Source: Chitinophagales bacterium
GTDB lineage: Bacteria > Bacteroidota > Bacteroidia > Chitinophagales > JADIYW01
Assembly (NCBI GenBank): GCA_023957215.1
Contig: JAMLHH010000010.1
Span: forward strand, 6,979 to 70,978
DNA length: 64,000 nucleotides
Reading direction: 5' to 3'
The translations under genes and the position numbers were made by a program. The notes beneath the pieces are model-generated. The model worked only from the letters and a program-made list of their open reading frames with translations. It was not told the origin of the DNA and ran no database searches. Positions 49,616 through 59,296 of this stretch are shown here, in pieces (the first letter of the stretch is position 1; each line of letters starts with the position of its first letter).

Positions 49616-51733
49616 ATGAAAACTTTTTGCGTTTTAATACCAATTTTAATCTTTTACAATATGGCAAACAGTCAGACGATACCGAGTTGCGAAAAAATAC
49701 CTTTTGAACTCAAAAGACACAATGACAAACGAATAGATAATTATTACTGGCTCAATGAATACTGGACTGACGGACCGCGAAAACAACAGGTAGTAGATTA
49801 TTTGGAAGCGGAAAATGCGTACTCTAAAGCGGTGATGGCGCCGACAGATGCATTGCAGGAAGAGCTATTTCAGGAGATAAAAGGGCGTATCAAACAAAAG
49901 GATGAGAGTGTCCCCTATTTTGAAAATGGATATTGGTACTACACAAAAACGGAGGAAAATCAGGAATATCCGATTTATTGTCGAAAGGAAGGGGCTCTGG
50001 AAGCGGAGGAAGAGGTAATTTTAGATGTCAATAAAATGGCAGAAGGGCATGAATATTACAAGGTGAGTGGATTAGAAATCAGCCCTGACAATCAAATATT
50101 AGCTTTTGCAGTCGATACGCTCAGTAGAAGAATTTATACTATTTATTTTAAGGTTTTGGCGACCGGTGAGGTTTTAAGTGAAACAATTACCAATGCGTCT
50201 GCCAATTTCGAATGGGCAAATGACAACAAAACTTTGTTTTATACTTCTAAAGACGTAAAAACTTTGCGGGAAGACAAAGTGTGGTCTTATATTTTGGGTA
50301 AAAAGGAATCTGAGCGACTCATTTTTGAAGAAAAAGATGATACTTATTACGTGAGTCTGTCCAAAACGAAAAGTAAAAACTACATCCTGATCAATAGCGA
50401 AAGTACGCTGAGTACGGAAGTCCGATTTGTAAATGCCAATCAGCCCAATGCGAAATTTGAAGTATTTTTGCCGAGGGAAAAAGACCATTTGTACGAAATA
50501 GAAGATTATAATGGAGATTTCTATATTTTGACAAATTGGAGAGCGACGAATTTTCGCATTATGAAAACACCGACTCATGCGCATACGAACAAGCGGAAAT
50601 GGAAAACGGTGGTCGCACATCGAGATGATGTTCTCGTAGAAAACTTTGACATTTTCAAGGATTATTTGGTGGTGAGCGAACAGACCAATGCCAATTCTAA
50701 GATTAGAGTGATTCCATGGCAGGACACTTCTCGGGCGTATTATATACCTTTTGACGAGGAGGTATATGTCGCCAGCATGTCTTATAATCCTGAGTTTGAC
50801 ACGGACAAAATCAGGATGAGTTATCAAAGTATGATTACGCCTTCTACGATTTATGAGTATCAACTAAACACTAAAACTTTCAAAATTTTAAAACAACAAG
50901 AAGTACTCGGAGGCTACGACAAAAATAATTACGAAACCAAAAGGCTTTGGGCGACGGTCAGAGATGGCGTGAAAGTTCCTATCAGCATCGTTTACAAAAA
51001 GGATTTCGTCCAAGACGGCAAACAGCCGCTTCTATTATATGGCTACGGTTCTTACGGGATTTCCATGTCTCCCTATTTCAGATCTTCTGTTTTGAGTCTG
51101 CTCGACCGTGGTTTTGCCTATGCGGTGGCGCACATTCGCGGTGGTCAGGAGATGGGCAGACCTTGGTATGAAGATAGCAAGCTTTTCAAAAAGAAAAATA
51201 CTTTTTACGATTTTATAGATTGTGCGGAATATCTCATCGAATCGTCTTACACCTCTCCTCAGCATCTCTATGCAAATGGCGGTAGCGCAGGCGGTCTTTT
51301 GATGGGTGCGATTGCAAATATGCGTCCGGATTTGTGGCACGGCATTGTCTCTGATGTACCTTTTGTCGATGCGTTGACGACGATGTTAGACGAAAGTATC
51401 CCCCTCACAACCGGTGAGTATGACGAGTGGGGAAATCCTAATAATAAGCGCAGTTATAACTATATAAAAAGCTATTCTCCTTATGATAATATCGAGTCGA
51501 AGGATTATCCTAACATGATGATTAACACCGGATTACACGACAGTCAAGTGCAATATTTCGAACCTGCAAAATATGTTGCCAAGTTGCGGGAGCTCAAAAC
51601 GGACGACAATATTTTGCTGTTTAATTGCGATATGAGTACAGGACATGGCGGCAGTTCGGGTAGATTTCAAGCACTAAGAGAAACTGCTCGAGAATTTGCA
51701 TTTTATCTGATGTTAGAAGGAAAGTTGAAATAA
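49616..51733 (+). CDS. ptrB: S9A peptidase, oligopeptidase B-like
   Basis: 705 aa. Beta-propeller N-domain. The catalytic GGSAGGLLMG Ser motif, with D and H downstream (GLHDSQV, GHGG). Confidence 0.85.
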   Translation: MKTFCVLIPILIFYNMANSQTIPSCEKIPFELKRHNDKRIDNYYWLNEYWTDGPRKQQVVDYLEAENAYSKAVMAPTDALQEELFQEIKGRIKQKDESVPYFENGYWYYTKTEENQEYPIYCRKEGALEAEEEVILDVNKMAEGHEYYKVSGLEISPDNQILAFAVDTLSRRIYTIYFKVLATGEVLSETITNASANFEWANDNKTLFYTSKDVKTLREDKVWSYILGKKESERLIFEEKDDTYYVSLSKTKSKNYILINSESTLSTEVRFVNANQPNAKFEVFLPREKDHLYEIEDYNGDFYILTNWRATNFRIMKTPTHAHTNKRKWKTVVAHRDDVLVENFDIFKDYLVVSEQTNANSKIRVIPWQDTSRAYYIPFDEEVYVASMSYNPEFDTDKIRMSYQSMITPSTIYEYQLNTKTFKILKQQEVLGGYDKNNYETKRLWATVRDGVKVPISIVYKKDFVQDGKQPLLLYGYGSYGISMSPYFRSSVLSLLDRGFAYAVAHIRGGQEMGRPWYEDSKLFKKKNTFYDFIDCAEYLIESSYTSPQHLYANGGSAGGLLMGAIANMRPDLWHGIVSDVPFVDALTTMLDESIPLTTGEYDEWGNPNNKRSYNYIKSYSPYDNIESKDYPNMMINTGLHDSQVQYFEPAKYVAKLRELKTDDNILLFNCDMSTGHGGSSGRFQALRETAREFAFYLMLEGKLK

Positions 51734-52239
51734 GTTTTTAGTACAAATTGATCGTATTTTTAGAACAAGGAATCTTGATGTGAAACGCTATATCTTATAT
51801 GTTGTTAATTCTATTTCTTCTTTCTGTTTTGGATTGTACGAATGAATTTGAATGGGTAATTAAAAACTTATCAAATTAACGATGTGAGAGGATGCTACAC
51901 TAATCAGCCTTGTACATTGATGATAGAACGCCCTGTCTTCTACACCTTTGATCGGTGGGAATGCAATGATCATTTCATCCTTTCAGAGTTTCATTGCTAC
52001 TGACTTATAACAGTAACATCTCTTTGGGATTAAATATTGAACTTGCAAATAAGTCCGAAAGACTGTAATGATTCGTTCGGACGACATAAGTTGGCACGAA
52101 GAGAAAACTATTTTTATTCGATGGTTAAAAGTATTTGAGATGCTTAATTTTAAAGTTAAAACCTGTGGATTTTAGAAAGCATAGTAATTCTTTAATGACA
52201 GAGTTTGCACTAAGTTATTAAAATTGAAGTTTATTATTG

Positions 52240-52247
52240 TATCTTTG
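52240..52247 (+). promoter_or_regulatory. Putative -7 promoter box (TAnnTTTG), implying a ~215-nt 5' UTR
   Basis: TATCTTTG, immediately followed by the near-copy TATCTTTC. The next start codon is at 52469. Confidence 0.3.
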
Positions 52248-52468
52248 TATCTTTCAAATTACTTGATAGGTTACTGCCTCTGCATATAATAATTTTTTTA
52301 ATTTATTTTTTTGCTTTACAGTTTCTTTAGGACTAATAAGTTTCATTAGCTCTCATTTAATAATGAAAAAAATATTTAGTTTAAAGCATGATACTTCCTC
52401 GTTGTAATAGTTTATTTATTGCATCCTGAGTAATAAATGAATAAACGATTTACAACTATAATTAAAAA

Positions 52469-53674
52469 ATGAAAAAAGACCTGAAAAACAATTCTTCCAA
52501 TCAAAATACACAAACTCCTACTAATCTTTTGTTGTTTAATGAACTCTGTCTGTCAAAAGAGCTACAAAATGCACTAAGTGATATTGGTTATGTCAAAGCT
52601 ACTGAAATACAGAGTAAAGCGATTCCCATTATTTTAAATGGAAAGGATGTTTTGGGCTGTGCACAAACAGGAACCGGTAAGACGGCAGCTTTTATCTTAC
52701 CTATCTTACAAAAAATACAAGAAAATCCTAAACATAAAGGAATACGGACTTTGGTTTTGACACCTACCAGAGAGCTAGCTATTCAAATACAAGATAACAC
52801 TCGGGAATATACAAAATATCTTAACGTCAGCTCTTTGGCTATTTTTGGTGGAGTATCGCAAAATAATCAAGTACAGGCAATAAAAAGAGGAGTAGATATC
52901 TTAATAGCGACTCCGGGGAGATTGCTGGATCTTATTCGACAAGGTATAGTTCATATTTCTAAAATAGAGACCTTGGTTTTAGATGAGGCAGATCACATGT
53001 TAGACATAGGATTTATCCACGATATCAAGAAAATAATTGCTTTAGTTCCAAATAAAAGACAGACTTTGTTTTTTTCAGCTACTATGCCTAAATCTATTAG
53101 GCAGTTTGCATATTCCATCCTAAATCAAGCAGTAGAAATAGCTGTAACCCCAGCGGCAACTACAGCGGAAACGGTTGAGCAGTTTGTTTATCATATAGAA
53201 AAAAAAGAGAAGCCTAACTTATTGATTTACCTGTTGAAAAATGAATCTATTCATTCTACTCTTGTTTTTACTATGACGAAACATGGTGCAGACAAGCTCG
53301 TGAAATTGCTTAACAAATCAGGAGTTAAATCTGCGGCTATACATGGAAATAAGTCTCAAAATGCTAGGCAAAGAGCTTTAGAGCAGTTTAAAAATAGAAC
53401 TCTAAGAGTTTTGGTTGCCACAGATATTGCAGCTAGAGGAATTGATATAGAAGAATTGCCTTATGTCATCAATTTTGATTTGCCTCATGTGCCGGAAACC
53501 TATGTACATAGAATTGGACGTACAGGAAGGGCAGGTAAAGGAGGAGTGGCGGTTTCATTTTGCGAAAATGAGCAAAGAGAAGATTTGAAAAATATTCAGA
53601 AACTGATTGGATTTAATGTGCCGGTCGTACACGTGGATCAAAAGAAACATATCATAATTAGTCAACCTATATAA
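52469..53674 (+). CDS. DEAD-box RNA helicase (RhlE-like)
   Basis: 401 aa. AQTGTGKT, PTRELA, DEAD (LDEADHML), SAT, HRIGRTGRAG. Confidence 0.9.
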   Translation: MKKDLKNNSSNQNTQTPTNLLLFNELCLSKELQNALSDIGYVKATEIQSKAIPIILNGKDVLGCAQTGTGKTAAFILPILQKIQENPKHKGIRTLVLTPTRELAIQIQDNTREYTKYLNVSSLAIFGGVSQNNQVQAIKRGVDILIATPGRLLDLIRQGIVHISKIETLVLDEADHMLDIGFIHDIKKIIALVPNKRQTLFFSATMPKSIRQFAYSILNQAVEIAVTPAATTAETVEQFVYHIEKKEKPNLLIYLLKNESIHSTLVFTMTKHGADKLVKLLNKSGVKSAAIHGNKSQNARQRALEQFKNRTLRVLVATDIAARGIDIEELPYVINFDLPHVPETYVHRIGRTGRAGKGGVAVSFCENEQREDLKNIQKLIGFNVPVVHVDQKKHIIISQPI

Positions 53675-53689
53675 ATATATTATACAAAA

Positions 53690-54130
53690 ATGGCGGATAC
53701 TTTTAGTAAAAAAGAGAGACAAAAGAAAAAAGCAAAAAAGAAACTGGATAAGCTTGAGAGAAGAGAAGAGCGTAAGCAAAACAATAACAAAGGGAAAAGC
53801 TTTGAGGAAATGTTGGCGTATGTAGATGAATTTGGTAATACAACAGATGTGCCACCTGAAAAACAAAATAGAAGTAACATAAAATTAGAAGATATTCAAT
53901 TGGGTGCAGCACCAATTATAGAGGTAGAGAAAAAAGAAATTACTGGAGTGGTTAAATCATTTTCTAATGAAAAGGCTTATGGTTTTATATTAGAAGATGT
54001 TACAAAAGAAACAGTCTTTGTTCATGCTAATAATCTTCTGGAGTCTATCAAAGAGTACGATAGAGTAACTTATGAAAAAGAAAGAACACCTAAAGGATTT
54101 GTTGCATTGCAAGTTAAGAAGATAAAATAA
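53690..54130 (+). CDS. Cold-shock-domain protein with Lys-rich N-terminal extension
   Basis: 146 aa. KKERQKKKAKKKLDKLERREERK, then the CSD GVVKSFSNEKAYGFILED...VFVH. Confidence 0.85.
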   Translation: MADTFSKKERQKKKAKKKLDKLERREERKQNNNKGKSFEEMLAYVDEFGNTTDVPPEKQNRSNIKLEDIQLGAAPIIEVEKKEITGVVKSFSNEKAYGFILEDVTKETVFVHANNLLESIKEYDRVTYEKERTPKGFVALQVKKIK

Positions 54131-54183
54131 CAAACTTAAAGTCAAGGAGCTTATTGTTGTAGCTATTAAGAGACGGAGTATTC

Positions 54184-57015
54184 TTACCCTTTACTTTTAA
54201 ATTGATTGAACTTGTAGGTGAATTGCAGCATGAAATATCTGCCTAGCAAATCGACCTGAGAGTCTTGCACGTAGGTTTCGGTGACGGTACGCGAAATATT
54301 GTTATTTGCTTGAAGGATGTCAAACACTTGGAGTTTGAACTCGGCAGCATTGTTTTTGAGGAACTTGTAGCCGACTGCTGCGTTCCAAAGTGCGTAATTA
54401 GTGCTGAAACTTGACTGCAAACCGGAGTTGTGGTTGTAGGTAATATCCGTCGTCAAATTCAGACCTTTCCACGGTAATAAATTTACCGCAGCATTGAGTA
54501 ATCCGGTGTAATAATTATTATCTCTGGAAGTGCTTTGGCTGTACTTCACGATATTATAATTCGCTGTGTAACCGAGTCTGAAATCGATTTTCTCGCTAAT
54601 ATTACTGCTTAAGACAAAGCCACTATTAAAGTTGTAAGTTTTGTTGAAATGGATGGCTTCGTTGACGATGTTTGGTGACTTGTTATAAGTAAAGCCGCCC
54701 ATCAGGTTCAGATTACTTTTCATGAACAATAAAGGTGTACCATACACGCCGAAACTTCTAAAATTCCAACTGCCGTCCAAGTTGACCGGACGAGTGTATT
54801 GACCACCGGCAGGAAGTAAAATGCCGCTGGTAATCATGGTGTCTTTCACTGCCAAAATGGTAGAGTTCGTTATGGTATTTGCGTTGATGCCTCCACTCAA
54901 ATAGATGAATGCAGAACGACCTTTTTCAGCTTGTGCAAATCTCCATCTCAAACCTAAAGAGTGATTGTAAGTTTGTTTCAAATCTTTATTACCACTGGAT
55001 AAAATCAATGGGTTAGTGTTGTCTATAACATCTTGTAACTGATTGACACTCGGTGTGCTAACATTTGTACGATAGAATAAACTGATGTTGTTCCCTTTTG
55101 AGAATTTGTATTTCAAATTAGCAGAAGGCAAGAAGTTGTTATAGTATTGATTCACCTGCGTTTCGGTAGGATAAGTTCTATCGCTGAGCAAAGAAGATTG
55201 TTGGTAACTCATGGTTGTATTTAAGCTGAAATCTTTGAATTTAAACTTATAACCGACACCTAATCTGTGTACCCAATTTGTATTTTCAAACTTATTACTC
55301 AAACTTAAATCTTCGATGGTGTAATCGTTTGTTGCTTCATTATATTGGAAAGTATATCTGTCAGAAGTAGAAAGTCTGTAAGATGGTGAGTAGTCAAACT
55401 GCATCTGTGAACTTTCACCTATCGGTTCGGTATATTTAACGGAACTGCTGACATTGATAGTTTTTGAAAATGCATCAGCCCATTGATTTTGGCTAATGAG
55501 TGAGTCTATATTTTCAGAGAAAAAGTTTTCTGCCGTGAGGAAGTTATCGGAAGACCTGTTGTTATAACCGGTGTTTAAATTAACACTGATAGTTCTTCCC
55601 GGTTTGCCTAATTTATTTTTGTATAAAATGGAGTTAGACACATTGTAGGCTTTGCTCAAAGTTTGATTATCGTTATTACTTTTACTTAAAATCTCGTCAT
55701 TCATCAAAGTTGTAACTGCATCAATTAAGTTTTTGGAATCATTATTTTGAAAGCTAAACTGTGGTCTGAAAGTAAAAGACTTATTGTCATCTATTTTATA
55801 GTCGATTTTAGCATTGATTCTGTGATTATTGTTAAAGCTGATTGAGTTTCCATTCTGCTTATAAAGTTGTTGGAAATTATCTGTCAAGTATTCTCTTTCT
55901 ATGATGGAGTTATTGGTATTTTTGGCTCTATTGTAAAAATAACTTGCTGCAATATCTGCTTTTCCATAATCTTCTACATAGTTTAAGCCGATACCGTTTG
56001 TCAAGTTGATACCACCTCGGTCAGGTGTTAAAAATCCGGCTATGTTGCCACCGCCACCAAAACCTCCACGACCGCTACTACCTCCGAAGCCTCCACGACT
56101 ACCGCTACCACCTGCCGAGCCTTTGCCGGCAGCGACACCTATTAAGTCTTCTGCACCAAAGTTTTGGATATTGATGTTGTTAGACATTCCTACTAATGAC
56201 AATCTTCTATCTTCGTTAAAATAGTTGAGGTTACCTCCGGCATTATATCTGTTCTCTGTACCATATCCGGCAAATACTCTACCGAAAACGCCATCTGTAA
56301 TTTTCTCTTTGGTGACAATATTGATAGTCTTTTCTGTTTCATCAGTTGAGAATCCGGTGAAAGCATCCTGGTCACTCATTTTATCATAAATCTGTACTTT
56401 GTCTATGATTTCAGCCGGCAAGTTTTTTAGTGTCATCATGGCATCATCTCCAAAAAACTCTTTGCCATCTACTAAAACTTTCTTCACGTCTTCGCCTTGT
56501 GCCTGTATTTTACCGTCTTGAATAATGATACCCGGCATTTTGGTGACTAAATCAGAAGCATCCGCATCAGGATTGACTTTAAAAGCTCCTGCATTCATCA
56601 CCGTAGTATCACCTTTCATTACCATTCTCGGTAAAATGGCATCAATTTGAGTTTCTTTTAAGACAGTAGCATCTTCTTGAAGGCTGATATTGAGTTTTAG
56701 ATTTTCATCTTTGATTTCCACGGGTCTTAGAAGTTCTTTGTAACCTAAATAAGAGGCTTTTAATACAAAATTTCCTTTTCTGACATTCGCGATATAAAAA
56801 GAACCGTCAATATCAGAAATCGAACCACCCACAGTATTTGAATCGGGTAGTTGTAATAGTATAATATTTGCTCCGATGAGTTCTTCTTTCGAATAGCTGT
56901 CTGTGATTTTACCTGAAATAGATAATCCTTGTGCCCCAGCGAAACCTGCGAAAGTAAACAAAAATACAGATAGAAAGGTGAAAAATTTTGGCAAATAATC
57001 GCTGATATATCTCAT
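54184..57015 (-). CDS. Outer-membrane beta-barrel protein (CarboxypepD_reg + OMP_b-brl_3 / TonB-dependent-receptor-like)
   Basis: 943 aa. Signal peptide, ISGKITDSYSKEELIGANIILL, a plug-like region, a Gly-rich insert (GSAGGSGSRGGFGGSSGRGGFGGGGN), and a C-terminal F-x-x-K-F pattern. Confidence 0.8.
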   Translation of the reverse strand: MRYISDYLPKFFTFLSVFLFTFAGFAGAQGLSISGKITDSYSKEELIGANIILLQLPDSNTVGGSISDIDGSFYIANVRKGNFVLKASYLGYKELLRPVEIKDENLKLNISLQEDATVLKETQIDAILPRMVMKGDTTVMNAGAFKVNPDADASDLVTKMPGIIIQDGKIQAQGEDVKKVLVDGKEFFGDDAMMTLKNLPAEIIDKVQIYDKMSDQDAFTGFSTDETEKTINIVTKEKITDGVFGRVFAGYGTENRYNAGGNLNYFNEDRRLSLVGMSNNINIQNFGAEDLIGVAAGKGSAGGSGSRGGFGGSSGRGGFGGGGNIAGFLTPDRGGINLTNGIGLNYVEDYGKADIAASYFYNRAKNTNNSIIEREYLTDNFQQLYKQNGNSISFNNNHRINAKIDYKIDDNKSFTFRPQFSFQNNDSKNLIDAVTTLMNDEILSKSNNDNQTLSKAYNVSNSILYKNKLGKPGRTISVNLNTGYNNRSSDNFLTAENFFSENIDSLISQNQWADAFSKTINVSSSVKYTEPIGESSQMQFDYSPSYRLSTSDRYTFQYNEATNDYTIEDLSLSNKFENTNWVHRLGVGYKFKFKDFSLNTTMSYQQSSLLSDRTYPTETQVNQYYNNFLPSANLKYKFSKGNNISLFYRTNVSTPSVNQLQDVIDNTNPLILSSGNKDLKQTYNHSLGLRWRFAQAEKGRSAFIYLSGGINANTITNSTILAVKDTMITSGILLPAGGQYTRPVNLDGSWNFRSFGVYGTPLLFMKSNLNLMGGFTYNKSPNIVNEAIHFNKTYNFNSGFVLSSNISEKIDFRLGYTANYNIVKYSQSTSRDNNYYTGLLNAAVNLLPWKGLNLTTDITYNHNSGLQSSFSTNYALWNAAVGYKFLKNNAAEFKLQVFDILQANNNISRTVTETYVQDSQVDLLGRYFMLQFTYKFNQFKSKG

Positions 57016-57143
57016 ATTTAGATTTTATAATTCAATTAGACTGCAAAATAAGTCTATGGTTTAATTAGAGCTTAGCTTTTATATCAATTAAATCCTAAAT
57101 AAGTCAAAACAATCCTCAAAAAATATTGTTTCAAAAAGAAAAT

Positions 57144-57353
57144 ATGATGGAATTAACTTTTAAAACGAGCTTGAAATGTAGCGGTTGTGAAGCGAAAGTA
57201 AAACCTTTTTTAGATGAAATGAAGCAGATAGAAAAATGGTCTGCCGATTTGAGTGTCAATCCCAAAACCGTTACAGTGCAAGGGCAGAACTTAAATGTGC
57301 AAGAAATTATAGCCACCATAGAAAAAGCCGGATTTAAAGCTGAACTAGTATAA
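57144..57353 (+). CDS. Heavy-metal-associated (HMA) domain protein
   Basis: 69 aa from the ATG at 57144. CSGC metal-binding motif and a ferredoxin-like length. Confidence 0.75.
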   Translation: MMELTFKTSLKCSGCEAKVKPFLDEMKQIEKWSADLSVNPKTVTVQGQNLNVQEIIATIEKAGFKAELV

Positions 57354-57386
57354 TATAGATGCTGATAGGATGCGAATGTTGTTGAT

Positions 57387-57670
57387 TTGGGCGTGTCTTT
57401 TACGAGTATTGAGACCGTTAGTAATGAGTATTGAGACTTTTGATGTTGCATGAAAAATAATACTTAAATCAGATGCCGTCTTATTACTCACTACTCATAA
57501 GAGACCAGGTCGCCGCTACGACTATCTGTTTTTTTAGAACCAAGAATCAAGATACAGTAAACAACAAGATACAAGATTGGTGTGCTTTTAGCGAATACGG
57601 TGGTTTGGGGTCTGTTGTCATTTTTGCGTTAGCAAAAAACAGATGATTCTACACTTTGCCCCTCACGCAG
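57387..57670 (+). repeat. Intergenic repeat family, copy 3 (longest), with internal long hairpin
   Basis: Starts TTGGGCGTGTCTTTT and ends CCCCTCACGCAG. Contains AGTATTGAGACT (57427), GTCGCCGCT (57509), GCGAATACGG (57591) and GTTGTCA (57614). The 18-nt arms 57420-57437 and 57478-57495 are 15/18 complementary. Confidence 0.65.
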
Positions 57671-57705
57671 ATTTAAAACTCGTGTTTGTTTATCTAATAA
57701 TATAT

Positions 57706-58383
57706 TTAGCCCTTTTGTATACTGGAAAAAGTTAAGTCTTTTAGGAAATCTACTAAACCTACTTTAGCATTCTTCTTGCTAAAATCTGTTAGAGAAGAAA
57801 TATTGTGCATGAAAAAGTTCTGAAAATGTGCTACTTCAATAATTGTAGAAGCTAAAGATTTTGGAAATTTATAAGATGGATTACATTCCAATATAATATT
57901 CCCAATTAATGTACACAATTCTTTATAAGGTTGAAAAAAGTTTTGTTTATTATCATCTTCGACTTGCTTGGTTAAATATGACTTTGAACCTTCAGATACG
58001 ATGACCGGGTGAAGTAAACTTTCATCAATATAAATTGTCTGTTCATCATCTACAACAGGAGAGGCTAATAATTCAATTATCTTATTAAGCTTATCCTCCG
58101 GACTTGTGACATTATTCGTCAAGTATTTTATATATGTTTTTAACCAACAAAAGTACCATGATGTCAAATAGATTAATAGTTTGTGTTTGTTTTCAAAATA
58201 TCGATATATGCCTGCTTCTGTAGAATTTATTTTATCAGCTAACTTTTTAAAAGTAAATGTCTCAAAACCTATTTCATGCATGAGTTCGACACTGTTCTTT
58301 AATATTTTCTTTCCTAGAACAGTATTCTCAGGATCACGTATATATAGTCCTTTGCTTATATTTTTACTGAAATGTAGATCCAA
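57706..58383 (-). CDS. TetR/AcrR-family transcriptional regulator
   Basis: 225 aa, TTG start. N-terminal HTH: ILKNSVELMHEIGFETFTFKKLADKINSTEAGIYRYFENKHKLL. Confidence 0.75.
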   Translation of the reverse strand: MDLHFSKNISKGLYIRDPENTVLGKKILKNSVELMHEIGFETFTFKKLADKINSTEAGIYRYFENKHKLLIYLTSWYFCWLKTYIKYLTNNVTSPEDKLNKIIELLASPVVDDEQTIYIDESLLHPVIVSEGSKSYLTKQVEDDNKQNFFQPYKELCTLIGNIILECNPSYKFPKSLASTIIEVAHFQNFFMHNISSLTDFSKKNAKVGLVDFLKDLTFSSIQKG

Positions 58384-58657
58384 CCTTTTAAAATTACTGA
58401 AACAAATATAGGCAAAAGATTAACATTTATTTGTGATAGTATTGCTATCATTCAAAATGGTAATACTATCTTTGTCTTCAATTATATTTATAATAATGAT
58501 AGAATATCAAAGCGATGCAAGCTCTAAATTATTTGCATGGATATTAAAAATAACGACCTCCGCCTTTTCTCTAATCATTAAAGATAGAATCAAAATTCAG
58601 TCTAAATCTTTAGAAGAATATAGATTTCGACAATACAATTTAATTAATTAATACTAT

Positions 58658-59293
58658 ATGAAAATACGAAACTTTTTTCACTTTTTTCAACCTAAAGACA
58701 AGGTGTTTTTCTCTCTTTTCGGACAGATATGTACGAATTTGGTTGAAATGGCTGGTAAATTTAAAACTGAAGTTAACAAAGGAAACTTGAGTGATGATTT
58801 TCTCGAGTTAATGAAAGCTTACGAACACAAAAATGATGATTACACCCATACTGTTTATGATGAACTCAATCGAAACTTTATAACTCCATTTGATCGAGAG
58901 GATATTCAGAGTTTGGTAAAAGCACTGGATGATATAGCAGATTATATCTACGAATCTACAGAATATATAGTGCTGTATAAAGCACCCTATTTAGATGCTT
59001 ATTCCCAATTTGCAGAAATTATTTTAGAGGCCTGTAAAGAGATCCAGACTACTATGTCGTTGCTTCAAGACTTTAAAGATATGGATAGGATTAAGGAGGC
59101 TTGTATCCGTGTAAATGCATTGGAGAATGAAGCAGATAGATTGTTATCAAAAACAATGGTAAAACTTTTTGAAACCAATGATGCTATAAATATTTTTAAA
59201 ACAACCAAAGTGCTTGAAAATTTAGAATTAGCTACGGATCAAGCAGAAACAGTGGCATACATTATTCAAGGTGTGATGATTAAATATTCTTAA
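58658..59293 (+). CDS. DUF47 (PhoU-like) protein, PiT accessory
   Basis: 211 aa. Typical pairing with a downstream PiT gene (3-nt gap). NFITPFDREDI motif. Confidence 0.8.
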   Translation: MKIRNFFHFFQPKDKVFFSLFGQICTNLVEMAGKFKTEVNKGNLSDDFLELMKAYEHKNDDYTHTVYDELNRNFITPFDREDIQSLVKALDDIADYIYESTEYIVLYKAPYLDAYSQFAEIILEACKEIQTTMSLLQDFKDMDRIKEACIRVNALENEADRLLSKTMVKLFETNDAINIFKTTKVLENLELATDQAETVAYIIQGVMIKYS

Positions 59294-59296
59294 TCT

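Noticed and set aside
50174-50863. 229-aa - strand ORF inside ptrB.
   Set aside because: It is antisense to a peptidase gene with clear catalytic motifs, and its sequence is Arg/Ile/Phe-rich nonsense. I used it only as a hint of atypical composition.
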